64,000 nucleotides of DNA from Clostridia bacterium (GTDB taxonomy: Bacteria; Bacillota; Clostridia; TANB77; CAG-508). The notes below the pieces were generated by a model. The model searched no databases. It was not told the origin of the DNA and saw only the letters and a program-made list of their open reading frames with translations. This document shows positions 27,708 to 36,342 of this stretch, one piece after another. The stretch spans positions 11,285 to 75,284 of the forward strand of contig JAFXPH010000007.1 in the NCBI GenBank assembly GCA_017528085.1, in the 5' to 3' direction. Numbering within the stretch: the first letter of the stretch is position 1; each line of letters begins with the position of its first letter. The translations under genes were made by a program, and so were the position numbers.

Positions 27708-28958
27708 ATGTTTAAAAAATTCATTACAAAATTATTTATTTGTATTTTGTTATTTAATTTTATATTTTTAAACTCAGCTTATGTTCCACCTTCTTTTGCA
27801 AGAGAAGATAGCGAACCAACAAAAGAACAAAGAACTTATGCAGAAAATAAAGTTGAAGGCGTTGAAGGAAACACTATTTTTGCTAGTGCAGTTGGTGGCG
27901 AAGGAGATAATAACTCCTATGGTGGAGTTGTTACAACAGTTTTAGCATCAATCTTAGGAATAGTAACATTGTTATTTGATTTAATAGTATTCCAGGTTGA
28001 TATTGCAGCTGGTGTATTAAGTAATACGACAGAAGATATAGCTTCTGAAGGTGGAGGAAGCAGTGAAAAACTAAATTTTTTCTTAACAATAGAGAGAATA
28101 GTTTTCAATAGAATTCCAATCTTTAATGCAAATTATTTTGATACTGAAGATGAATATAAAGTTGGAGAAATAACATTAACATCTTCAAAGTTGGTTAATG
28201 CGATTAAAGAAAATGTTGCAACAGTATATGGATTTACAAGAATTTTAGCAATAGCAGTTGCACTTCTAATGTTAATTTATATTGGTATTAGAATGGCAAT
28301 GTCTACAATTTCAGCAGATCAAGCAAAATATAAGAAAATGTTTATATCATGGGTTGAAAGTATTGTTGTATTATTCTTACTAACATACATAATGGTAGCT
28401 ATTATTACATTTGGTGAGATACTTACTGGAATATTCTCAGATTTAAATAATCAAGTTTCAAAAATGGTTGATGAAACTGGAGCAGAGGTTACTTACAAAG
28501 TTGAAGAAGAGTTAAGACTAGATGTAATAAGAGTTGGATTAAAATCACTAGGTGTAACATTGGTTGCATATTCAATTATTTATTTGGCTTTATTATTCAT
28601 GATATTAAAATTTGGATGGCTATATTTAAAGAGATTCTTCTCAATAGGATTCTTGATTGTTATAGCTCCGCTTATTACAATTACATACTCAATGGATAAA
28701 GCAGGTGATGGTAAAGCACAAGCATTCTCAACATGGACAAGAGAATTCTTAGTTAATGTATTAATACAACCATTACATGCACTAATATATTTAGTATTTA
28801 TAGCATCATGTGCACAAATTGCAAGAGTTGCACCATTCTTATTCTTATTCTTCTTACTAAGTTTAGGAAAAGCAGAACAAATGGTTATGCAAGTATTCGA
28901 CTTAAAGAAGGGATTTGAACTTGGTGGACTAGATAAATTCTTTGGTGGAAAGAAGTAG
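27708..28958 (+). CDS. VirB6/TrbL-like polytopic membrane protein, paralog 1 (core only, no tail)
   Basis: Shares with the three larger paralogs the ecto-motif IVFNRIPIFNANYF, the hairpin GIRMAMSTISADQAKYKKM and the core motif APLITITYSMDKAGDGKAQAFSTWTREF..LIQPLHALIY. Confidence 0.6.
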   Translation: MFKKFITKLFICILLFNFIFLNSAYVPPSFAREDSEPTKEQRTYAENKVEGVEGNTIFASAVGGEGDNNSYGGVVTTVLASILGIVTLLFDLIVFQVDIAAGVLSNTTEDIASEGGGSSEKLNFFLTIERIVFNRIPIFNANYFDTEDEYKVGEITLTSSKLVNAIKENVATVYGFTRILAIAVALLMLIYIGIRMAMSTISADQAKYKKMFISWVESIVVLFLLTYIMVAIITFGEILTGIFSDLNNQVSKMVDETGAEVTYKVEEELRLDVIRVGLKSLGVTLVAYSIIYLALLFMILKFGWLYLKRFFSIGFLIVIAPLITITYSMDKAGDGKAQAFSTWTREFLVNVLIQPLHALIYLVFIASCAQIARVAPFLFLFFLLSLGKAEQMVMQVFDLKKGFELGGLDKFFGGKK

Positions 28959-28959
28959 T

Positions 28960-30213
28960 ATGAAAAAAAACAAAGATAATTCAATTGTTTTAAAAATATT
29001 TGTATTAGTAGCACTTATAGTTTTGATTTTAGTAATAATATTTTTAGGACATGAAAGAAATAGAATATTAAATGAAGAAAATGAAAATATGATTGCAGAG
29101 GAAACTGCTCCAAAAAAAGATTCTGATGAAGAAAAATCATCATATTTATGGATTTTGGAAAAGTATAATGTTAAGTATATAAGAACATTTTACAATAAAA
29201 TATATGTAGAATTTCCAAAGAATCTATATGAAACAGATGGCTCAAGTAATAAATCATATTTTTATGGAATAATTAGAGAAATGGCTGATTATTTTGATCA
29301 GTATTTCTACCTAATAGATGAAAAAAATAATATTGAAATTAGAGTAGTATTAAATAATGATGGTACTTTTAGAGTATTTATAAATGGTATAGAAAACTAT
29401 TATGATAGTTCATCAGGAAAAGATTATGCTGAAATAGAAAATCTTGAAATTGGTGAAAAGAGTAATATGGTACTTCATAGTGATATGTTTTTTACAATGA
29501 CTAGAGAAAAATTCTCTTATAAATCAGTAATAGAAGACTTAGGACCTAAAGATGCTATACCAAGTGAAGATGCAACAGATGAACAATCTATGGAAATAAA
29601 GAAAGCAATTGAACAAGGATATGAATCTTATCAAGGTGGGAAAGCATTAGTAAAACCATTTGGTAGATATAACTATTTTGCTGCAAATTTAGTATTAAAG
29701 AAAGGATCTAACGCACCAAGCTTTTTAAATGTAGAAGATCCATATGATTTAAGACAAGTTGCAGAAAAATATACTGATTACATGGATGGAAGCCCTGAAA
29801 GAGGATTTTTACTATTTAGAACAAATAGAAATTATATCTTCTTCTATAGAGATGAAATATCAATTTATCCATACTATTACTCATTAAACGATACATTTGA
29901 AGAAGCAGTAGAAGGATATACTATGAAAGGTATGGACTTTAGAAATTTTGCATCTTTAATATCAGTAGATTGTAAGACAAGTACAGAATTTGATTTAGAT
30001 TATGAAAATAAAACATTTCATGCAGTATATCCATGCTGCGGATTTGAAATTGATGTTGATGATAATGTAGGAAGATGTAATATAACTATTTACAAAAACT
30101 ACTATGTATCAAATAAAATAAAAGAACTTGCGAAAGCAGGAAAAGTTACAGTAAATTCTAACGTTGATTTACTACAAAAAACAGAAGAAGAAAGACGAGC
30201 TTCAAATAGATAA
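28960..30213 (+). CDS. N-terminally membrane-anchored ectodomain protein (paralog A)
   Basis: The ATG at 28960 lies 1 nt after the upstream stop. It has one TM. The segment NIEIRVVLNNDGTFRVFINGIENYY matches DITVEVKCVNRRISKIIINGLEDYF in the next gene. Confidence 0.5.
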   Translation: MKKNKDNSIVLKIFVLVALIVLILVIIFLGHERNRILNEENENMIAEETAPKKDSDEEKSSYLWILEKYNVKYIRTFYNKIYVEFPKNLYETDGSSNKSYFYGIIREMADYFDQYFYLIDEKNNIEIRVVLNNDGTFRVFINGIENYYDSSSGKDYAEIENLEIGEKSNMVLHSDMFFTMTREKFSYKSVIEDLGPKDAIPSEDATDEQSMEIKKAIEQGYESYQGGKALVKPFGRYNYFAANLVLKKGSNAPSFLNVEDPYDLRQVAEKYTDYMDGSPERGFLLFRTNRNYIFFYRDEISIYPYYYSLNDTFEEAVEGYTMKGMDFRNFASLISVDCKTSTEFDLDYENKTFHAVYPCCGFEIDVDDNVGRCNITIYKNYYVSNKIKELAKAGKVTVNSNVDLLQKTEEERRASNR

Positions 30214-30242
30214 CTATAAAGATTTTGAAGAAAGGATTGCTC

Positions 30243-31766
30243 ATGTCATTAGAACAACTAAAGACTAACAAAATATTTTGGATTACTTCAATAGTAGCTT
30301 TAATCTTAGCCATAATAATAATAAAAATAGCTATGAGTTCAATAACTCCAAAACCTGTTGATGAAGATGGAACAAATCTTTCAGTTCAATCAAGAAGATT
30401 TAAAACAATGAAAGAGTTACTAGAGTACTATGGTTGTACATATATATCTGAAAATATAGCTATGACATTAGAAGGTGAAAAAGAGTTATATTTAAAATTT
30501 AATGTAGATTTATATGCAAATGGCAAGAGCAATGAAGAATTCTTCATGTCACTAATACAGGATGTAGCAAACTTCTATGGCTATTATTCATTTAATATGT
30601 ATGATGCAGATAGAGACATTACTGTTGAAGTTAAATGTGTTAATAGAAGAATTAGTAAGATAATAATAAATGGACTAGAGGATTATTTTAGAAACAGAGA
30701 TGCTATGTTAGCTGAAGGAAAATATGTAGAGTATCCAACAACAACAATGGCTGTAAATTCACAATTATTACAAAGATTGATTGATAACAATTGGTCTAGT
30801 GATGCAGTAGGATTTGGATCTAAAGAGTCTATTTATAACAAATACGATGTATATTATGATGAGGGCATTAAGGTAAGAATTGAAAATGGAAAGGTATATA
30901 ATATAGTCTTTACAGAAAAATACGGTGGAGAGGTTGTTGATGGTATAGTACCAGGAACAGGTATGTCTACTGTAAGAGCAACTATTGGTACACCAGCATT
31001 TGAAGATGGACCAGTAGGTGTAATAGGATACAAGACAAAGAAATATTATGTGTTCTTTTCAGAGAATGAGATATCTGTTTATAGAGTATACGACGCAAGT
31101 ATGGTAGATTTTATAGCTCTATATAGAGATTTTAAAAATGATAATATTGACTTACTAGAATTAATGAACAAACTTACAGAAAAGTGGCCTGATTATGATG
31201 TATATGATTATACTTCTAATTCAGTATTTATATCTTATCCGCTTCAAGGTTTAGATATAAAGATTAATTATGATAATCAAAGAGGAATATTATTCTATAA
31301 TAATTTTAATTATTCAAGGGACACTGTAATGTCTATGGTAGATGCTGATGAAGACTTAGTATCAAAATTAGGTATTGATGGTGTATTTGAAGGAGAAAAA
31401 AGAAGAATTAATACTCTTAAAGATTTGAATAAAAAAGCTGATGAATTTGAAAAAAATTTAGCTATAACAAGCAATTTATATAAATTATACATAGAGAAAG
31501 ACTATGCTGATGTAGGCATAAAAGCATATTTTATTTCTAAAGATGGCTCATTACCAAACAGAGAATTGAATGATACAATTTCTACATTTACTTGGATTAA
31601 TGATACATATTTTGTTTATTCAAAATATGGAAGAGGAATCTACTTATATGATGTATCAAATGGTAGAACTCAAGCTTTAGTTGAAGGTAAACAAGCATTT
31701 GAAATTAAATCATTTGAAAACAAGATACTAAAATATGATGATGATGAAGTCAATTTAGAATTCTAG
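30243..31766 (+). CDS. N-terminally membrane-anchored ectodomain protein (paralog B)
   Basis: I chose the ATG at 30243 (RBS gaaagga) over the listed TTG at 30225. It has one TM and shares its N-domain with 28960..30213. Confidence 0.5.
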   Translation: MSLEQLKTNKIFWITSIVALILAIIIIKIAMSSITPKPVDEDGTNLSVQSRRFKTMKELLEYYGCTYISENIAMTLEGEKELYLKFNVDLYANGKSNEEFFMSLIQDVANFYGYYSFNMYDADRDITVEVKCVNRRISKIIINGLEDYFRNRDAMLAEGKYVEYPTTTMAVNSQLLQRLIDNNWSSDAVGFGSKESIYNKYDVYYDEGIKVRIENGKVYNIVFTEKYGGEVVDGIVPGTGMSTVRATIGTPAFEDGPVGVIGYKTKKYYVFFSENEISVYRVYDASMVDFIALYRDFKNDNIDLLELMNKLTEKWPDYDVYDYTSNSVFISYPLQGLDIKINYDNQRGILFYNNFNYSRDTVMSMVDADEDLVSKLGIDGVFEGEKRRINTLKDLNKKADEFEKNLAITSNLYKLYIEKDYADVGIKAYFISKDGSLPNRELNDTISTFTWINDTYFVYSKYGRGIYLYDVSNGRTQALVEGKQAFEIKSFENKILKYDDDEVNLEF

Positions 31767-31778
31767 AAAGGTATTAAT

Positions 31779-34700
31779 ATGAAGAGATCTACATTAAAGA
31801 AATTAAAAAGAGTAATTGTGATTTCAATTATTCTCATAGGTTTAATTTATTTAATAGCAGGACCAATTTCATCTGCAGCAGAGCTTCCTAAAAAAGGAGA
31901 GTTTTATTATGCAGGTACATCAAAAGGTTCATATGTTGCAACTGAAAACATATTTAAGTGGCTATTTAATATATTAGCAGAAATAATTCAGTTTATATTC
32001 CAATTAATATTATTCATAATAAGAATGATATTCGTAGGTTGGGCTGCATTAATATCTGAGGCTTTGACAGGAACATTTACAGCAATTACTGGTGTTAAGT
32101 ATGATCCATCTGATGTTGATCAATCTAACATCAATGTTATCAATGTTCAAGATAATATAACAGTTGAAGCTATTGTATTTAACAAAATCCCAATATTTGA
32201 TGTTGATTTCTTTAATTTTGATGAAATGGATCCTGTAACATATACAGATGCTGACAGAAAAGATGCAGGAAAAGCAATTAAAACACCTACAGGTAAAGAC
32301 TTATCAGATATGAGATGTTCAACATGTCAACGTGTTGAATCTATTGGACCACACACTTTTAAACAAGATAAAGAAAAGGGAATATGTGTTTGTAAGGTCG
32401 AAGAGTGTACTTGTAAAGCTTGCGAAACAAGAAGAAACTTGATGGAACCACATGATGAATTTAACCCGATGCAATTGATAAAGACAAACGTAGCTGAATG
32501 GTACTATACAATTAGGTTAATGGCTTTGGTTGGAATGCTTTTAGCATTAGGAGCAATTGGTATTAAAATGGCAATTTCAACTGTGGCATCAGATAAAGCA
32601 CAATATCAGCAAATGCTATCATCATGGGTAGTAGGAATTATATTATTATTTGGTATTCATTACTACATGATTTTAATGATAAATATAAACAATATTTTGA
32701 TTGATACAGTTGTTAATTATTCATCAGAGACATCAAAAGATATTGCTGAAGCAACTGTAAGTGATTTTGGAGTTTCAGCTTCACAATCAGACATGGAAAT
32801 TAATTTATATGAACAAGCAAGAACAAGAGCATACGATCCAAACTTATTAAATGGATTAACAGGTACAATACTTTATTGTACATTAGTATATTTCTCAGTA
32901 AGATTTGCTATTGTATACTTCAAGAGGTATTTTACTATAATGATTTTAGTACTTATGGCTCCTGGTGTTGCACTTACATATGCAATACAAAAAGCATTTT
33001 CAGGTAGAAGTCATACATTATCATTATGGTTACAAGAGTTCTGCGTAAATATTATTATTCAATCAGTTCACGCATTAATTTATGCAGCCTTCTTATCAAC
33101 TGCACTTAGAATTGCGTTTGATTCATTACCAGGAAGTATTTTTGCATTTATTATATTAAACTTTATGCTTAAGGCACTACCAATATTCAGAAAGATATTC
33201 AAAATGAGTAGTGATGGCGGACTATTAGATGATGCTATGAAAGCAGGTAGCCCTGAAAGATTAAAAGCAATGAAAGATTCAGCTGTTGGTGCAGCGTTAG
33301 CAGCTAAACCGTTAGCAAAATCATTTGCTAAATTACCAGGAACAAAAGCTGTAGTAGGATTAGTGAAATCTCCTGTAACAATTGGTGTTGAAGCTCATAG
33401 ACAATCACAGATGAAAAAGTTTGCAAAAGAGCATAATGAAAAAGTAGATCAAGCTAAATTAGATTTAAAAGATATATTTGCTCAAAACACAAAGACTTAT
33501 GGTGAAGGAACAGATGAAGAATTAGCAGAAAGAGCAAATAATGGAAGCTCTGAAGAAATAAGACAACAAGCGTATAAACAATTAAAAGAAAGAAGAGATG
33601 CTATTTCAATGAGAGCAATACAAGGGCTTCCATTAAGTAGTATTAAAACAGATACAAAAGAAGAAGAGACAAATGAAACAGAAGAGACAAATGAAACAGA
33701 GACTAATAAACAAGATCAACTAAATGCTAACTATTCTGCAGTTGGTATGGCAGGAGCTTCAGAAGCTCAAATATTAGAAGCTGCAAGACAAGACTTCTTA
33801 AATAGACATAGCGAAAATGCTCCTAAGGTTAAGCCAGAAAGTATTGTATCTGTAAGTGCTAAGAACTTTGCTAGAAATTTAGGTATGATGGCTGATTTTA
33901 GAAATAAATATGACATTATTTATGATAAAGATATGCATGCTCATTTCAAGAAGAGACATATACCAAAGACACAATATAATAAAAATACTGGAAGATATGA
34001 AGAGACAAGTGCTCATAAACAAATGAGAGAATTATACTCATTAAGGACTGCCTTAGGTGCTTCACCAGAAGAAATGAAAGCACTAAAAACATTCTTGAAA
34101 GATACAACAATTGGTTCATTATCATTCTTTACATGTATAGCTGGTATGGGTACAGTGGTTGCACATCCAAAGATTGGACTTGCCCTATTAGCTACAGGTA
34201 GCCAATATGTTAAATTGTATTCCCAAAATAAGACAATTAGAGGGGTTAATAAAAAGAGAAAAAATAAGGCTTATGCATTTTATGATTATTCTCCTGGAGC
34301 AACATTGGCAATGGGAAAAATAGGTTCTGTTGAAGCATCAATTGTAAGAAGAGAATTTGAGACTTTTATTCAAAAAAATGAAACTAAATCTTTAAGAGAT
34401 GTTGATTTAAAATATAATCTTGGAGCAGTTAGTTCTTCAATGTATGCTGCAGAAGGACAAGAAGGTGGAGAATATGCAACTCAATATTTAAATAGAAAAT
34501 TAAGTGAATTATCTCCAGAAGAACAAATGAATTTATTCCTTAAAACGGACTTTGCAAAGACATTGGAAGCTAGTGATATAGAAGCTGCAAAAGAAGGAGC
34601 TCAAAGAGATTTCTCTGAGGTTCTTGAAAAAGATTACCATGGAAAAATAGAAGAATTCTTTAAAGCTATGAATCAGGCAGAAAAACCAGATGAAATGCCA

Positions 34701-36329
34701 GCTACACTTAAATTTGCAGACAAACATTTTGGAACAATGGCTAAAGGATTAGATGCTATTTTTGAAGCAGAGGCAAAAACAGCAAAACAAGCACAAGATG
34801 CTTTTGTTGAAGATGCTCTACTTATTGCTACAATGCAAACAGCTAGTGAATTCAGAAAGCGAATAGAGGAAATCAAAGAAGACGAACAGAAAAAATATGA
34901 TGAACATGAGAGAAAACTTCTATTTGAACCAGATGAAGAAAATGGTTTAGATCAAAAAGAGGCAGAGGCAAGAGAAAGAGCAATAAAAGGATTCTTTGGT
35001 ATTTCAGTTGCTGTAGGTGATGAAGAAATAGTAATGGATGATCCTGTTATAGATGAAAGAAAGATAGTTAGACAAGCGGTATTATCTACAGTGGGATCAA
35101 AAGATGATATAGCAAGATTAGTAAAAAATTCAGGTAATATCGGTGACGTTAAAGGTAAAGCAGTAAGTGAAATAAAGAATAGATTAAAAGATATGGGCTT
35201 AACAGAAGATAGCCCAGAAGCTAAGAGATTATATCAAGAATTAAATAGTAGAGTTGAACAAGAGATTAAGACTGTTATTGAACAAGCTCAAGCTTCAGGA
35301 ATTGGTAAAAAACCAACAGAAGCACCTGAAAAAGGAAAAGCTGTTGAACCTTTATTATCAGAAGTTCCTGAACAATTTAATGACGAACAATTTATCAAAG
35401 ATTTTAAAGATCCTGAAAAAGCAGATTCAAGACCAAAGGTTAAGATTACTGAATTTGAGAAAAAACAATTAAAAGATTCTTTAACAAAGACCATAAAAGA
35501 TGAAATTCAAGCTGATAGTAAAAAGACTTTTGGGGAAGCTATTACTCAAGAGGATGTAAAAGCAAAGATATTAGAACAATATGTTAAGAAAACAAGAGGA
35601 GAAAATGTTAAGGTTGAGAGTTTAACTGAATCACAAAAAGCTTTTGCAGAAGCTCAAGTTGATCAATTCTTAGCTGATGTTACTGAAAAATCTAAAGATA
35701 CTACTAGACAACAAGGAGTACCTGAACCAAAAGCGGAACAAACAGTAACTCCTAACGCAGGAATTGGAAATCCAGATGCTGGACCTGAACCAGTTCAAGC
35801 AAAACGTTCTCCAGTACAAGTTACTTTAAAAACAAGGGTAGATAGAAAACCTGAAGATGTTAAAAAGAGAATGGAAGATATTTCAGAAGGATTAACTAAG
35901 GCAGCTATGGCTAAACCAGAAGATAAACAAAAAGTTGAACAATCAATAATCGATATCTTTAAACAAGGAGAGGAAACTGAAGATCCTGCATTAATAAGAA
36001 ATCAAACTCAAGCAGCGTTAGATGCGATGATTTTAAACGCTCAATTACAAAAGTTAAATTTAGCAACAGCAAGATTTGAAACATCAAGAAATTTGGAACC
36101 AATATCTGTAAAAGGTGACGCAATGAAATCAAAAGAGAAAAAAGAAGCAAGAAAAGCTATGTCATTCTTAGAAGAAATTAGTAAAGAAGAAAACAAAGAA
36201 CTAAGAGATAGGGTTCCAAAGGAAGAGATTAAGAAAAAAGAAGAATTATATGACGAAGCTAGACTTGGTTATACAGCAAATATAGTAGGTATGATAGAGG
36301 CCTCTTTAGGCAAAAAAGAGAAGAAATAG
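31779..36329 (+). CDS. Giant VirB6/TrbL-like protein, paralog 2 (1516 aa; ~480-aa membrane core plus ~1000-aa charged tail)
   Basis: Motifs IVFNKIPIFDVDFFNF, GIKMAISTVASDKAQYQQM and MAPGVALTYAIQKAF...WLQEF..IIQSVHALIY. A Cys-rich insert spans aa 180-215. The tail is K/E/A/Q-rich with no TM. Confidence 0.6.
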   Translation: MKRSTLKKLKRVIVISIILIGLIYLIAGPISSAAELPKKGEFYYAGTSKGSYVATENIFKWLFNILAEIIQFIFQLILFIIRMIFVGWAALISEALTGTFTAITGVKYDPSDVDQSNINVINVQDNITVEAIVFNKIPIFDVDFFNFDEMDPVTYTDADRKDAGKAIKTPTGKDLSDMRCSTCQRVESIGPHTFKQDKEKGICVCKVEECTCKACETRRNLMEPHDEFNPMQLIKTNVAEWYYTIRLMALVGMLLALGAIGIKMAISTVASDKAQYQQMLSSWVVGIILLFGIHYYMILMININNILIDTVVNYSSETSKDIAEATVSDFGVSASQSDMEINLYEQARTRAYDPNLLNGLTGTILYCTLVYFSVRFAIVYFKRYFTIMILVLMAPGVALTYAIQKAFSGRSHTLSLWLQEFCVNIIIQSVHALIYAAFLSTALRIAFDSLPGSIFAFIILNFMLKALPIFRKIFKMSSDGGLLDDAMKAGSPERLKAMKDSAVGAALAAKPLAKSFAKLPGTKAVVGLVKSPVTIGVEAHRQSQMKKFAKEHNEKVDQAKLDLKDIFAQNTKTYGEGTDEELAERANNGSSEEIRQQAYKQLKERRDAISMRAIQGLPLSSIKTDTKEEETNETEETNETETNKQDQLNANYSAVGMAGASEAQILEAARQDFLNRHSENAPKVKPESIVSVSAKNFARNLGMMADFRNKYDIIYDKDMHAHFKKRHIPKTQYNKNTGRYEETSAHKQMRELYSLRTALGASPEEMKALKTFLKDTTIGSLSFFTCIAGMGTVVAHPKIGLALLATGSQYVKLYSQNKTIRGVNKKRKNKAYAFYDYSPGATLAMGKIGSVEASIVRREFETFIQKNETKSLRDVDLKYNLGAVSSSMYAAEGQEGGEYATQYLNRKLSELSPEEQMNLFLKTDFAKTLEASDIEAAKEGAQRDFSEVLEKDYHGKIEEFFKAMNQAEKPDEMPATLKFADKHFGTMAKGLDAIFEAEAKTAKQAQDAFVEDALLIATMQTASEFRKRIEEIKEDEQKKYDEHERKLLFEPDEENGLDQKEAEARERAIKGFFGISVAVGDEEIVMDDPVIDERKIVRQAVLSTVGSKDDIARLVKNSGNIGDVKGKAVSEIKNRLKDMGLTEDSPEAKRLYQELNSRVEQEIKTVIEQAQASGIGKKPTEAPEKGKAVEPLLSEVPEQFNDEQFIKDFKDPEKADSRPKVKITEFEKKQLKDSLTKTIKDEIQADSKKTFGEAITQEDVKAKILEQYVKKTRGENVKVESLTESQKAFAEAQVDQFLADVTEKSKDTTRQQGVPEPKAEQTVTPNAGIGNPDAGPEPVQAKRSPVQVTLKTRVDRKPEDVKKRMEDISEGLTKAAMAKPEDKQKVEQSIIDIFKQGEETEDPALIRNQTQAALDAMILNAQLQKLNLATARFETSRNLEPISVKGDAMKSKEKKEARKAMSFLEEISKEENKELRDRVPKEEIKKKEELYDEARLGYTANIVGMIEASLGKKEKK

Positions 36330-36342
36330 AAAGGAATTGGAC

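Noticed and set aside
33658-33712. Short tandem repeat gaagagacaaatgaaaca x2 (EETNETEETNET) as a possible independent repeat element
   Set aside because: It is in frame inside the tail of the giant ORF and has only two units. It is best read as local low-complexity expansion rather than a separate feature.
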